A stretch of 64,000 nt of DNA, taken from contig JAUSPI010000154.1 of NCBI GenBank assembly GCA_030655775.1, forward strand, positions 3,839 through 67,838. Direction: 5' to 3'. Position 1 is the stretch's first letter. Each line of letters starts with the position of its first letter. Under the pieces are notes generated by a model that searched no databases, had not been told where the DNA came from, and worked only from the letters and a program-made list of their open reading frames with translations. The translations under genes were made by a program, and so were the position numbers. This DNA comes from Syntrophales bacterium. Its GTDB lineage: Bacteria; Desulfobacterota; Syntrophia; Syntrophales; JADFWA01. This document shows positions 39,540 to 48,774 of the stretch, in pieces.

Positions 39540-40673
39540 TCACATAGAGCTACATTTCACTTCGAATCGCAGGCCCGGTCGTACTTCAATCAGTACGAGT
39601 TCAGGCGACGCAAGCAACCGCATTGGCGGTCCCCATACACCGGTCCCCTTCGACACATACAGGTGTGCCTCGCCGACCTTGTAGTAGCCCGCCTTAAACC
39701 CACCATTCCCAAGTCCCACGAGAAAAACCATCGGCAGGCTCTGACCGCCGTGCGTGTGTCCCGCTAACGCCAGCGTCATCGGCCGGTTATGCAGAAAATG
39801 TGCAACCTCCGGACGATGCGTTAAGAATAGTACTGCTCCCTTGATCTTAGGCAGGATTTCTTCGACTGCCGTATGTGCCGGAACAAAATGCTTGTCGTCA
39901 ACACCCGCAATTGAAAGCCCCGGAGAAAGTGTTTCAACCTCCTGGCGCAGCAGCCGGAACTGCAGCCGCTCACAAAGTTTTTTGAATTGATTCACCCCGG
40001 AGTAGAACTCGTGGTTGCCGGTCGTAATATAAACCGGCATTCCAGGGAAAAACTCACGAATTAATGCTACCTGTGGTTCGGTGTGACGGCTGTGATCATC
40101 GACCAAATCCCCCGGAATCAAGACCGCATCCGGTCCCAGTTCACGTGCCGCCTTCAGGGTTCGGCGCCACTGTTTCTCGGAGGAACTTGCACCAAGATGA
40201 GAATCGGAGATCAATACAAATCTCTTCGCCTCCGCACCGGGAACCGTAACCTGTAACCTGGTTACCGACGGAGTAGAGGATGCTATCGTGCATCCTATCA
40301 CGCTGAGCACCACTGCCACGCTCCATAATACTGCCGCCATCGTACGCCGCGTTCGCAACGAAGCGTTCCGAATACGCCAACGTGTTGCCAGCCATACAGT
40401 TGCTGCTACTATCTCGAAAACGAACAGTAGCGTCCACAGGATCGCTGCGATGCCGATGAACAACACAGCCGTGTATTCCAGTACTGGAGCTAAATCTTCG
40501 GCTATGTTCTTGGCAATCATTACTCGAGTGGGAACATAAGCGAACCCCACGAGGTAGAGCGCCATGCCGAACACTGCAATAACCTGCCATCGAAGGTCAA
40601 GCAGCACCTTCGTTCGGTAGAAGATATGTGTTAACACTGCCGCCCAGATGGTGAAGACGAAGAAAAAGAACAT
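39540..40673 (-). CDS. membrane-anchored calcineurin-like metallophosphoesterase
   Basis: Start set to ATG 40673 (MFFFFVFTIW...). About 4 TM helices, then the ISDSHLG, GDLVD, GNHE and GHTHGG motifs. Confidence 0.8.
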   Translation of the reverse strand: MFFFFVFTIWAAVLTHIFYRTKVLLDLRWQVIAVFGMALYLVGFAYVPTRVMIAKNIAEDLAPVLEYTAVLFIGIAAILWTLLFVFEIVAATVWLATRWRIRNASLRTRRTMAAVLWSVAVVLSVIGCTIASSTPSVTRLQVTVPGAEAKRFVLISDSHLGASSSEKQWRRTLKAARELGPDAVLIPGDLVDDHSRHTEPQVALIREFFPGMPVYITTGNHEFYSGVNQFKKLCERLQFRLLRQEVETLSPGLSIAGVDDKHFVPAHTAVEEILPKIKGAVLFLTHRPEVAHFLHNRPMTLALAGHTHGGQSLPMVFLVGLGNGGFKAGYYKVGEAHLYVSKGTGVWGPPMRLLASPELVLIEVRPGLRFEVKCSSM

Positions 40674-40896
40674 TTTATTATCCTGTTGTAAATAGCGTAG
40701 GCTCGCTTTCCATCTCTCCCCGCGTCCTACTATCCCGGATGTCCTGCCGCGGCGAACTACCGGTAAACGCTTATTTTGCAAGCACTTATTTGTTGCCCTC
40801 CCGTTTCTCATGCATTCACGGCAACAGTAACAGAAAAGCCACGATGACATCGAACAGGTTTACTTGTCAACCACTTTTCGAAACGACCTGTATCCC

Positions 40897-40969
40897 AACC
40901 GGGAACGCACCCGCAAGCCCCGCCTTGTAGGCGGGGTAAGGGGCGCAACATAAAACAAACATATTCCTT
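40897..40969 (-). repeat. double-hairpin repeat, copy truncated after the central AT-rich block (orientation B)
   Basis: Sequence AACCGGGAACGCACCCGCAAGCCCCGCCTTGTAGGCGGGGTAAGGGGCGCAACATAAAACAAACATATTCCTT. The first hairpin is missing. Confidence 0.85.
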
Positions 40970-41040
40970 TTTATGGATCATCTCCCGATTAGTTGAAGTT
41001 AATTAAGGCAAAATAAGTGCGTTATCTATAATTAATACCA

Positions 41041-41308
41041 GAGGGGTCAAGGGGTCAAGGGGTCAAGGATTCGAGTGAAAGAAAAAAAGACAACCCTGGA
41101 TTACATTAGGATGCTTTATATATTTTATGGTTCTGTTTGCGAACTGGAAACGCAAATATTATCAGCAGGGGATTTGGATTTAATTGAAAAAGGTGTATTG
41201 GGTAAATTAAAAAAAGACATAGCAGAAAGCGAAAGAATGTTAAAAGCGCTGATAAAGTCTTTAGAAAACAAACCCTTGAATCCTTGACCCCTTGAATCCT
41301 TGGCCCCT
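41041..41308. repeat. inverted short-tandem-repeat element E (arms of GGGGTCAAG units) enclosing a four-helix-bundle gene remnant
   Basis: Left arm 41041-41075 (GAGGGGTCAAGGGGTCAAGGGGTCAAGGATTCGAG). Right arm 41272-41308 (CCCTTGAATCCTTGACCCCTTGAATCCTTGGCCCCTC). Confidence 0.85.
41075..41287 (+). pseudogene. C-terminal half of a four-helix-bundle protein (23S rRNA intervening-sequence protein family)
   Basis: DYIRMLYIFYGSVCELETQILSAGDLDLIEKG...ESERMLKALIKSLE matches the helix 3-4 pattern (A.GS..ELETQ...lgyi...ei.kml..li.sl). Full-length members are about 115-125 aa. Confidence 0.6.
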
Positions 41309-41353
41309 CTTCTCCAACTAAATTGGAGAAGACCCCTTTTTATAAATGAGTCT

Positions 41354-42052
41354 TTACTTGCCGATTTTTTTATAGTTTGAAACCGGGTTCCCGCAGATAG
41401 GGCATGCCTTGGTGGGTAACTTAAGAATCGTTGACCCACAAACCTGACAAACAAAGGAGCGCATAGGGGTTATCTCTATTATTTTTGCCATGGCCCTAAA
41501 AAGCATCCCGGTACCCGAATGAATTTTCTTAAGAAGATCTCGATGCTGTTCTTCTGATTTCCATGCCCACGACATATTATGAATGGCGGCTTCATGTTTT
41601 TCCGGTTTGATTCGTTCAATCAGTGAGGGGTACGTTTGATCAATTTCCTTGATCTCTTTTTCTGTCAGGTATTTGAGGTTTTCCTTAGTAGTTAATACTG
41701 TGAGCTTCGGTGGCGGCATCTCTTTTACATCGACCTTTAATTCAGTCAAGATCCTCTTGAAATTGCGGGCATGGATGGACTCGGAATTTGCAATGGCCAT
41801 AAACAGTTGAGCGATATTCGGATAACCTTCCGATTCTGCCTTTTCGGCATAAGCGATGTAGGCATGAAAGGCTGTCATTTCATTCTGGTAGGCGGTACGC
41901 AAAGCCGAAATAGTTTCGGGATAATTCGCCTGGGCACCGACAGAAGTTACTGAAACGACCGAAATGAAAAAACAAAAACAGAGAACATACAGAGTATAAA
42001 GTACAATGGTTTTACAGTTTGCAGATGATGCACTCATTTTTAATACCTCCAA
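41354..42052 (-). CDS. rubrerythrin-family diiron protein with N-terminal signal-like sequence and C-terminal rubredoxin-like CxxC...CxxC
   Basis: Two ExxH motifs (ESIH, EEQH), CQVCG...CPICG, and an N-terminal hydrophobic segment ending in AQA. Confidence 0.7.
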   Translation of the reverse strand: MEVLKMSASSANCKTIVLYTLYVLCFCFFISVVSVTSVGAQANYPETISALRTAYQNEMTAFHAYIAYAEKAESEGYPNIAQLFMAIANSESIHARNFKRILTELKVDVKEMPPPKLTVLTTKENLKYLTEKEIKEIDQTYPSLIERIKPEKHEAAIHNMSWAWKSEEQHRDLLKKIHSGTGMLFRAMAKIIEITPMRSFVCQVCGSTILKLPTKACPICGNPVSNYKKIGK

Positions 42053-42382
42053 TCGATATAAACAAAAAGGACGGCAGCCCGCCCCGCTGCTGAAACTTTA
42101 CCGATAACATCGTTTTCCGGCACCACTCATAGTAATCCTAATGATATCCTTTCGCCATCTCCAGCAGATTTTTTCAATCATGGACAGGTGTATCCGTCAA
42201 AAAGTCGTATTTTTATAAGGAAAGATCGATTTCATCGGTTGCTTTGATCTGGTTCAACGCCTGCTGGATGAGCACGATTATGCGTTCGATAAGGCGGTGC
42301 TCTTCCATGAGCAATGCACGTGCCTGCATATTTCTTCCTCTTTATTCTTCTTTACCTTTTTTCACCACGTTAAATGATAAAT

Positions 42383-43051
42383 TTAGAACTCTATCATGTC
42401 GAATCTGGTCAGCGTTGTCCTCCGCCTGGACCCCGGTGCGTTTACAAGATGCCAGGCAGTATATTGTTCAGCATAAAGAGTACCGGCAGACATCCCGTCA
42501 ATCGGGACAATAACCTGTAAGCCTCGCATGGCGGCACCGGTTGCAGTGTGCAATACAGCGCCTTCGGCCGTCGTACCGGCGATAACTACCGTTTTAATTC
42601 CCCTTTCACGCAAAATGTTTTCCAAATCGGTGTTAAAGAATTTATCGACGCTTGATTTGACGATCGGCTCATTCCCCACGGGTTTTACACCGGGCAAAAT
42701 GGTTTCTCGTTCGGCATTCCTTGTAAGACTGTACACAACAGCAACTCGTTTATCCCGGACCTGACCTAAAAATTTCTTGATTTTAGGGACAGAGGCAATA
42801 CACCGTGGTCTTCTTTTGGAATTGCATGTCAGTTCCTCTATGTCCAAAATTAAGAAGGCTGTTTCCTTCGGGTTAAGTTTGACGGCTTTCAATTCAACCG
42901 GTGCGGGTGGCTTGACACAGTCCCACAGTTCAATGATCGCTGCCTCATCGCCGGCACGGATCTCAGAGATGCAAAACGGACAAACAAAAATAAAAGTAAA
43001 TATTACCGCAGAAATTATCACGTTACTTCCATACTTGTTTAATGACTCCAT
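42383..43051 (-). CDS. isochorismatase-family (cysteine-hydrolase fold) protein with signal peptide
   Basis: AFLILDIE..., ...KTVVIAGTTAEGAVLHTA pattern. The usual catalytic Cys position appears to be replaced. Confidence 0.65.
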   Translation of the reverse strand: MESLNKYGSNVIISAVIFTFIFVCPFCISEIRAGDEAAIIELWDCVKPPAPVELKAVKLNPKETAFLILDIEELTCNSKRRPRCIASVPKIKKFLGQVRDKRVAVVYSLTRNAERETILPGVKPVGNEPIVKSSVDKFFNTDLENILRERGIKTVVIAGTTAEGAVLHTATGAAMRGLQVIVPIDGMSAGTLYAEQYTAWHLVNAPGSRRRTTLTRFDMIEF

Positions 43052-43084
43052 TGCTTTCTCCTTCTGAAGATCATAGATTGTTCA

Positions 43085-43699
43085 TCACAATCGTTTTCTG
43101 GCAATAATAAGCCGAATAACGTCCAGAAATTTATTATGAGCAGATTCCACGGTGAAACCTGCCGATTCAATGTTGCGCTGCGTTTCACGCACCATCGATG
43201 TTCCAAGAAGACGTGTCGAAAAGATATTCATGGAGTAGAGAAAGAGATTCGCCACACGGTGGCGGCTTTTCATATGTTCGAGAAAAATCGCTGTTCCAGA
43301 AGGTTTCAAGACACGACGAATTTCTTTCAAGCCGGCAATCGGATCAGGAACGGTACAGAAGACAAAGGTGCTGACGACAGTATCAAACGAGTCCTTATCA
43401 AAGGTAAGGTGTTCGACATCCATCTCATGCAATCGCAGGGATTTGACATGGGTATTTTTCTTTTTTTCTTGAGCGATTTTCAGCATCCCCGGGCTAAAAT
43501 CGATCGCGGTAAGTTCTATGTCAGAGGCGTAGTACGGGAAATTTTTGCCTGTTCCAACCCCGACTTCCAACGTGTTCTTTCGGGCATACGAAATCGCTTC
43601 AGTTCTCAGTTCCCGAAATAGCAACCGTTCAAACGGGTATTCGGACATGTCATAGCGCTTTGCAACACGTGAATACTTTTCTGCAACCCTATGATCCAT
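43085..43699 (-). CDS. class I SAM-dependent methyltransferase
   Basis: Motif I LEVGVGTGKN. Start set to ATG 43699; the GTG-extended N-terminus in the track derives from the repeat at 43721-43770. Confidence 0.8.
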   Translation of the reverse strand: MDHRVAEKYSRVAKRYDMSEYPFERLLFRELRTEAISYARKNTLEVGVGTGKNFPYYASDIELTAIDFSPGMLKIAQEKKKNTHVKSLRLHEMDVEHLTFDKDSFDTVVSTFVFCTVPDPIAGLKEIRRVLKPSGTAIFLEHMKSRHRVANLFLYSMNIFSTRLLGTSMVRETQRNIESAGFTVESAHNKFLDVIRLIIARKRL

Positions 43700-43720
43700 A
43701 GCTAGAACACCTATTGTAAT

Positions 43721-43770
43721 GTGAGTCTCCCCGCCCACAGGGCGAGGCTTGCGGGTGCGCTCCCGGTCAC
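43721..43770 (+). repeat. double-hairpin repeat, collapsed single-hairpin derivative (orientation A)
   Basis: GTGAGTCTCCCCGCCCACAGGGCGAGGC|TTGCGGGTGCGCTCCCGGTCAC. The left end of hairpin 1 is joined to the right end of the element. Confidence 0.8.
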
Positions 43771-43808
43771 TCTCTTCTCCCCCATAAACATGAGACGGCT
43801 CAATCGAT

Positions 43809-44858
43809 TTATTTCCATTCTACACGCCGTACCACCGTGACACCTGCCGCTGTCATTTCGCGAACAGCATACTCAACAGCGGACAATCCGCCATACATTG
43901 AAGAACGAATGAAATTCCTCGTACGCGCTCCAGATAAATTCAAATCGACAACCACTCGAAGTTTCTGGTCATTAAAAAGATCTTGTGTCTCAATTGAAGA
44001 TACTCTAAGACAACTGTTCAGAGTGCATCCCCCCATAACCAAGGTTTTTCTGCCGTCATTGATAGAGCGTGTAACCCATTGCCGGAACCCATTCGTCGAT
44101 GGAAACAGAATGCTGTTTCCAGGTTTTATGAAGTAAAGCTGTCTGTTGTCGATTATTCCTGTCAGTCGATCATCCCAGCCGTAACTATCAGGCGGAAACG
44201 GGCATCTGCTGAACATAGTTTCAATGTAACGATAGTTTTCATTTAAAAATTGAGCGCAATTATTGAATGCAAGGTGAATCGGTTTAACCTCAACTTCAGC
44301 TTGAGACCCGATAGACTGCATCCAGGCGCCGCTTGTAAAGGACTGTTGCGGGTCGATGAGCAGCACGGCAGCATCATCAACTGAAATGTGAAATCTCTCA
44401 AGACTGTTCAAAAGCCTCTGATAATCATTTGCCACATTGGTACCGGCGGTATCTTCTAAAAGTGAAACCCCGTTGTCATACATATTCTCATTCGGTGTTG
44501 CCCCTTGCCGTTTTTTTAAGGTGTTACTGCCCTCTCCGTGCTTCTGTGTCGAAGGCAGAACGTTCTTTGATCCAATCGGAGACGAAAAATGCGGCGCATT
44601 GAGAAGAACTTTGCCGTACGGGCCAAGAGGATCTTCTGTAATCTCCCTCATAAAAACAACGAATTCAATCTTTTGGACAGGTTTCAGAATGGTAAGGAGA
44701 TCAAAAACGGCGAAAATGGGGGCCTCGTACCAGTGCCACCCCAATCGTTTCGCGGCAATGTGAAGCTCCGATCTTGAAAGTTCACCATCTTTGTTTAAAT
44801 CGAGTATGTCAAAAAGCTCATTTAACGTCATAATGTCATAGGAGTCTCGGGGTCGCAT
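43809..44858 (-). CDS. EF-hand domain fused to an isochorismatase-like hydrolase domain
   Basis: Canonical EF-hand loop DLNKDGELSRSE near the N-terminus. C-terminal VLLIDPQQSF...LVMGGCTLNSCLRVS. Confidence 0.6.
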   Translation of the reverse strand: MRPRDSYDIMTLNELFDILDLNKDGELSRSELHIAAKRLGWHWYEAPIFAVFDLLTILKPVQKIEFVVFMREITEDPLGPYGKVLLNAPHFSSPIGSKNVLPSTQKHGEGSNTLKKRQGATPNENMYDNGVSLLEDTAGTNVANDYQRLLNSLERFHISVDDAAVLLIDPQQSFTSGAWMQSIGSQAEVEVKPIHLAFNNCAQFLNENYRYIETMFSRCPFPPDSYGWDDRLTGIIDNRQLYFIKPGNSILFPSTNGFRQWVTRSINDGRKTLVMGGCTLNSCLRVSSIETQDLFNDQKLRVVVDLNLSGARTRNFIRSSMYGGLSAVEYAVREMTAAGVTVVRRVEWK

Positions 44859-44959
44859 CTTATAGACCCCTTATACTTAAATGAATCAAGAGCAGACATA
44901 ACCCCTTGATAGTTGCGGCTGACTACATAGCTCAGTCAGCCGCAACCGCACTTAAATCA

Positions 44960-45175
44960 TTAAGAGCCAGGTTCATATTTAAAGGAAAGATTTACCTTGG
45001 CACGGTATTCGACCACTTTACCTTTCTCAACTCTCATGTCAAGCTGACTAACCTCTGCGATTCTCAAATCTTGAAGACTCTCGCTGGCAGTCTCCACCGC
45101 ATGTTTGGCAGCTTCCTCCCAGGAAACATCACTTGTTCCTATCAATTCAATAATCTTGTAAACTCTATCGGGCAT
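44960..45175 (-). CDS. dodecin-family flavin-binding protein
   Basis: 71 aa. VYKIIELIGTSDVSWEEAAKHAV...AEV...YRAKVNLSF is the typical dodecin pattern. Confidence 0.85.
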   Translation of the reverse strand: MPDRVYKIIELIGTSDVSWEEAAKHAVETASESLQDLRIAEVSQLDMRVEKGKVVEYRAKVNLSFKYEPGS

Positions 45176-45440
45176 GATTTTCCTCCTTTCTTTAGTTATT
45201 CTTTAAATTCTGTCTTTTGGCATTTTTGGTTACTCGTCTGAAATCTATTTGTTCAATTACGTCAGTTTTAATTTTACCTTAAATCACCTCCTTTCATGTC
45301 ATAGCAGTTATGGGTATTATGCAAACCCTTCAAAAAGACAATGCCGAGTTGCCCTGATAAGTTTGTATTAGATGAGTTTTCCGGCAAATTTGCCTATTTC
45401 CTATTATCAATAACTTTTCAACTATTATACTTGATGGTCT

Positions 45441-45556
45441 CGTAAAAAGTCTTTTTTTGTCACCCTGAATTTATTTCAGGGTCTCTAACTTGCTGAAATA
45501 ATTAGATGCTGAAACAAGTTCAGCATGACAAATGGTGCAGTTTATGACTTTTTACG
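45441..45556 (-). mobile_element. MITE-like element, copy 1 (TIR CGTAAAAAGTC)
   Basis: Sequence CGTAAAAAGTCTTTTTTTGTCACCC...GCTGAAACAAGTTCAGCATGACAAATGG...GACTTTTTACG. It is the reverse complement of the copy at 60172-60309. Confidence 0.8.
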
Positions 45557-45602
45557 AATGCATCATACTTGATGAATTGTTCGAGAGTCTCTAATTTTCA
45601 GT

Positions 45603-46403
45603 TCAAGATGCGATTCTTTTGTAGTATTCGGGACGCCGGTCCTCAGGCAAATTGTTCTTCTGAGTTATTGATTTATCCCGGGCCTTGCTCACGTCGATCT
45701 CAGCTATGAAAAGTTCCTCTTCCTCGGGCTTCGCGCGATAAACCAATTCGCCCTTCGGCCCCACCAATTGGCTTTGACCGGTAAAAGTCAAAGTGCCCCT
45801 CGGACGAATTTCCGAACCAAAGCGGTTTGCCGTGACAGCGAAAACAAAATTTTCCAGGCAGCGGGTGAGCATGGCCTGCTGGCAGTATGAAAGAACCAAA
45901 TTAGATGGATGACACAGAAGATCAGCACCTTGCAGGGTAAGTACCCGGGCAACCTCGGGGAATGTCCAATCGAAACAGATCATTACGCCAATTTTTACAC
46001 CGCGCAATTCAATCGTATCGAGGGGAGTGTCGCCAGGATCAAAATACTCTTTTTCTGTGTTGAAGAGATGTAACTTTCGGTAAGTATGGAGAATGCCATC
46101 ACCCCCAATGACCAGGGCGCTGTTGAATATCTTGTCAGCGCTTTTTTCGGCAAATCCGGTAACCAAAAAGAAATCATGGTCGCGACATAATGCAATCAGG
46201 CTGGAAACAGTTGGAGACTTAGCAGGATCTTCTGCCAGTGAAGCAAGTTCTGAACGATCCTCAAAGAAGTATCCGGTGAACGCAAGTTCGGGTAAAACAA
46301 TGATATCTGCTTCGGCGCCGCGCAAAGCAGACACTACCTTCGAAAGATTAACCGCCACTTCCCCAAACTTAGGGTCAAACTGAAAAAATCCCACTCTAAG
46401 CAT
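45603..46403 (-). CDS. carbon-nitrogen hydrolase (nitrilase superfamily amidase)
   Basis: 266 aa. Glu-Lys-Cys contexts (LPELAFTGY, YRKLHLF, VMICFDWTFPE). Confidence 0.85.
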   Translation of the reverse strand: MLRVGFFQFDPKFGEVAVNLSKVVSALRGAEADIIVLPELAFTGYFFEDRSELASLAEDPAKSPTVSSLIALCRDHDFFLVTGFAEKSADKIFNSALVIGGDGILHTYRKLHLFNTEKEYFDPGDTPLDTIELRGVKIGVMICFDWTFPEVARVLTLQGADLLCHPSNLVLSYCQQAMLTRCLENFVFAVTANRFGSEIRPRGTLTFTGQSQLVGPKGELVYRAKPEEEELFIAEIDVSKARDKSITQKNNLPEDRRPEYYKRIAS

Positions 46404-46601
46404 CTCAGTCCTCGTTCCACTTTTTTGTAAGTATTATGAGTAATTAGAAGGGATATGTCAAGGGTAATCACTTCTGCCCTACCCCTCCACAATTTTGTTG
46501 ACACTAAATCGGCTTTAATGCATAGTCAACGGTCAATAAGACTGTGTATCTTTAACTGTTTGAATTAACTGATGAACATATTAATGTTAGAGAGGTAGAA
46601 C

Positions 46602-48767
46602 ATGAAAATACTGCAGCAGATCAACTATAAGCCTGCCATAGTTACAGGCGGATATACTGACCGGATACTGAAAGTGGATCTCGGCACACAGGATATTACC
46701 ATTGTGGAACTGGAGCCGGAATTTAAGAATAAATATGTCGGCGGCCGAGGATATGCCATAAAGCTAATCTGGGATGAAACAAGCAGGGAGACCCGTTATG
46801 ACAGCCCGGAAAATATTCTCGTCATGGCCAGCGGCCCGCTGGGCAACGAACCCGGTTTCCCGGGCACCGGCAAATTTGTCTTTGGCACTATCTCGCCCCT
46901 TACAGATACATTCATAGATTCAAATATCGGTGGTCACTTTGCGCCGTTGCTAAAACTTGCCGGTTTTGACGCAATGGCCGTCTCTGGAATTTCCGGAGAG
47001 GATGTTGTCATTATTGTTGATGGAGATGCCGGAACCATCAGCATCGCCGCCGCGCCAGCCTACGATAAAAAAACAGATGAAGGTGCCCTCTCCTTTGGCG
47101 AAGCCCTTCTAAAAGACGTTAACAGTGGAGAGTTCAGCAACGATATAGCTGCGGTAACCGCGGGGAAAGGCGCGTGCAATGCCAGGTTTGGTATCATTAA
47201 CAGCCTCTTTTTCGACCTGAAGCGTAAACGCATCCGCTCCAAGCAGGCCGGCAGAGGCGGCACTGGAACAGTCATGCGGTTCAAAGGTCTGAGGGGAATT
47301 ATTGCCCGCTCCGGTCTTTCAAAAGCGAATGGCAACAATGCAATAGATCCTGAAGGCGTACGCGAGGCAGGTTCCGCATTAAAAAAAGTTTTAAGGCAGT
47401 ACGACCCGGAACAGCTCCGTTTATCCGCATGGGGCACCACCGGCCTTTCCGAGTATATGGATAAGTTTCACATTTTCCCGATTAATAATTATCAATACGG
47501 GCAGAGTCCGGAGTCTAAAAAGATCTTTTCATATGTCTTTCTCGACAAGTATTTCAGTAAAAAGATGCAAGACGGGTGCTATTACGGCTGTAATCTGGCA
47601 TGTGCCAAGACTGCTGAAGACGTTGAGCTGACAAGGGGGCCGGAGGCAGGACGAAAGGTCTGTATTGACGGCCCTGAGTATGAAACCGTAGGGTCTGTTT
47701 CCTGTATGGGTATCTTTGATCCCCATTATATTATGGAATATAACTGGTATTGTGATGAATACGGCCTCGATACAATCTCCACAGGTGTGACAATATCGTT
47801 CTTTATGGAGTGTGTCCAGCGCGGCTTTCTGAGTACAGCTGATATCGGTTATGACCTGACATTCGGTAACATAGACGCCGCAGACCGCCTACTGCATGAA
47901 ATCGCCGACGGAGAAGGTTTTGGTAAGATTGTCGGCCAGGGGGTAGCAAGGGGCAAGAGATGGGTTGCTGAAAAATATTCAGCCGGAAAAGACGTATCCA
48001 AAGATGATGTGATGGAGGAGTTGAACAAATTCGGAATGGAGGTTAAAGGGCTTGAATTTTCGATGTACATCACCAAAGAGTCACTCGCCCAGCAGGGCGG
48101 GTACGGCTTTGCCCTGAAAGGACCGCAGCATGATGAGGCATGGCTGATCTTTATCGACCAGGTCAACAAAGAGCTTCCGACTTTTGAACTTAAAGCCAAT
48201 GCGCTCCGGTGGTTCCCCCAGATCCGCACATGGTTCAATGCCACAGGGCTGTGCAAGCTTCCGTGGATCGACGTGCGTCATCCCGATGCGGCAAGTACGG
48301 AAGCCCCCGCAAAGAACTTTCCCACGCTGGAATATTATGTCAAATATCTCAACTCGACAACGGGCAGCAGCAAAACCCTGCAGGATATACTGGACGATTC
48401 AGAACGGCTGTTATTACTGCAGAAGATGATCAATCTCCGCCAGGGAAAGGGAACCCGCTCAAGCGATCAGATTCCGTTAAGAGCCATGGGCCCCGTGTAT
48501 TCTAACGAGCATGAATCTCGAACCGAATATTACGATGAATGGCTGCAGGAACGTCTCGGTAAGGAGAAGATGCCGGATGATCCGAACGAAAGGCATAAGC
48601 TTCTGATGGAAATTAGAATACAGGATTACCAACGCCTTTGTGATGCCGTATATAAGGAAAAAGGGTTCTCGTCCGACGGGATTCCTTTGCCTGAAACTCT
48701 GGAAAAATTCGACCTGATGGACGAGCAGGCCAGAGCGCTGCTGAAGGAGTTCGGAACGTTCGGGTAA
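46602..48767 (+). CDS. aldehyde:ferredoxin oxidoreductase family (tungstopterin) enzyme
   Basis: 721 aa. AOR N-terminal domain pattern (GGYTDRILKVDL...YVGGRGYAIKL) plus C-terminal AOR domains. Confidence 0.85.
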   Translation: MKILQQINYKPAIVTGGYTDRILKVDLGTQDITIVELEPEFKNKYVGGRGYAIKLIWDETSRETRYDSPENILVMASGPLGNEPGFPGTGKFVFGTISPLTDTFIDSNIGGHFAPLLKLAGFDAMAVSGISGEDVVIIVDGDAGTISIAAAPAYDKKTDEGALSFGEALLKDVNSGEFSNDIAAVTAGKGACNARFGIINSLFFDLKRKRIRSKQAGRGGTGTVMRFKGLRGIIARSGLSKANGNNAIDPEGVREAGSALKKVLRQYDPEQLRLSAWGTTGLSEYMDKFHIFPINNYQYGQSPESKKIFSYVFLDKYFSKKMQDGCYYGCNLACAKTAEDVELTRGPEAGRKVCIDGPEYETVGSVSCMGIFDPHYIMEYNWYCDEYGLDTISTGVTISFFMECVQRGFLSTADIGYDLTFGNIDAADRLLHEIADGEGFGKIVGQGVARGKRWVAEKYSAGKDVSKDDVMEELNKFGMEVKGLEFSMYITKESLAQQGGYGFALKGPQHDEAWLIFIDQVNKELPTFELKANALRWFPQIRTWFNATGLCKLPWIDVRHPDAASTEAPAKNFPTLEYYVKYLNSTTGSSKTLQDILDDSERLLLLQKMINLRQGKGTRSSDQIPLRAMGPVYSNEHESRTEYYDEWLQERLGKEKMPDDPNERHKLLMEIRIQDYQRLCDAVYKEKGFSSDGIPLPETLEKFDLMDEQARALLKEFGTFG

Positions 48768-48774
48768 GAAATCG

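Noticed and set aside
42213-42329. 38-codon ORF MQARALLMEEHRLIERIIVLIQQALNQIKATDEIDLSL with a good RBS, resembling the N-terminus of hemerythrin-domain proteins
   Set aside because: It is too short to be a functional hemerythrin domain, and the downstream sequence does not continue the family pattern in any single frame that I could follow. It is probably a gene remnant, so it is mentioned but not called as a feature.
45280-45300. AAATCACCTCCTTTC, resembling the 3' end of 16S rRNA
   Set aside because: The match is isolated and has no surrounding rRNA-like sequence. On the other strand it is merely an orphan Shine-Dalgarno-like GAAAGGAGGTGAT followed by a 7-codon ORF.
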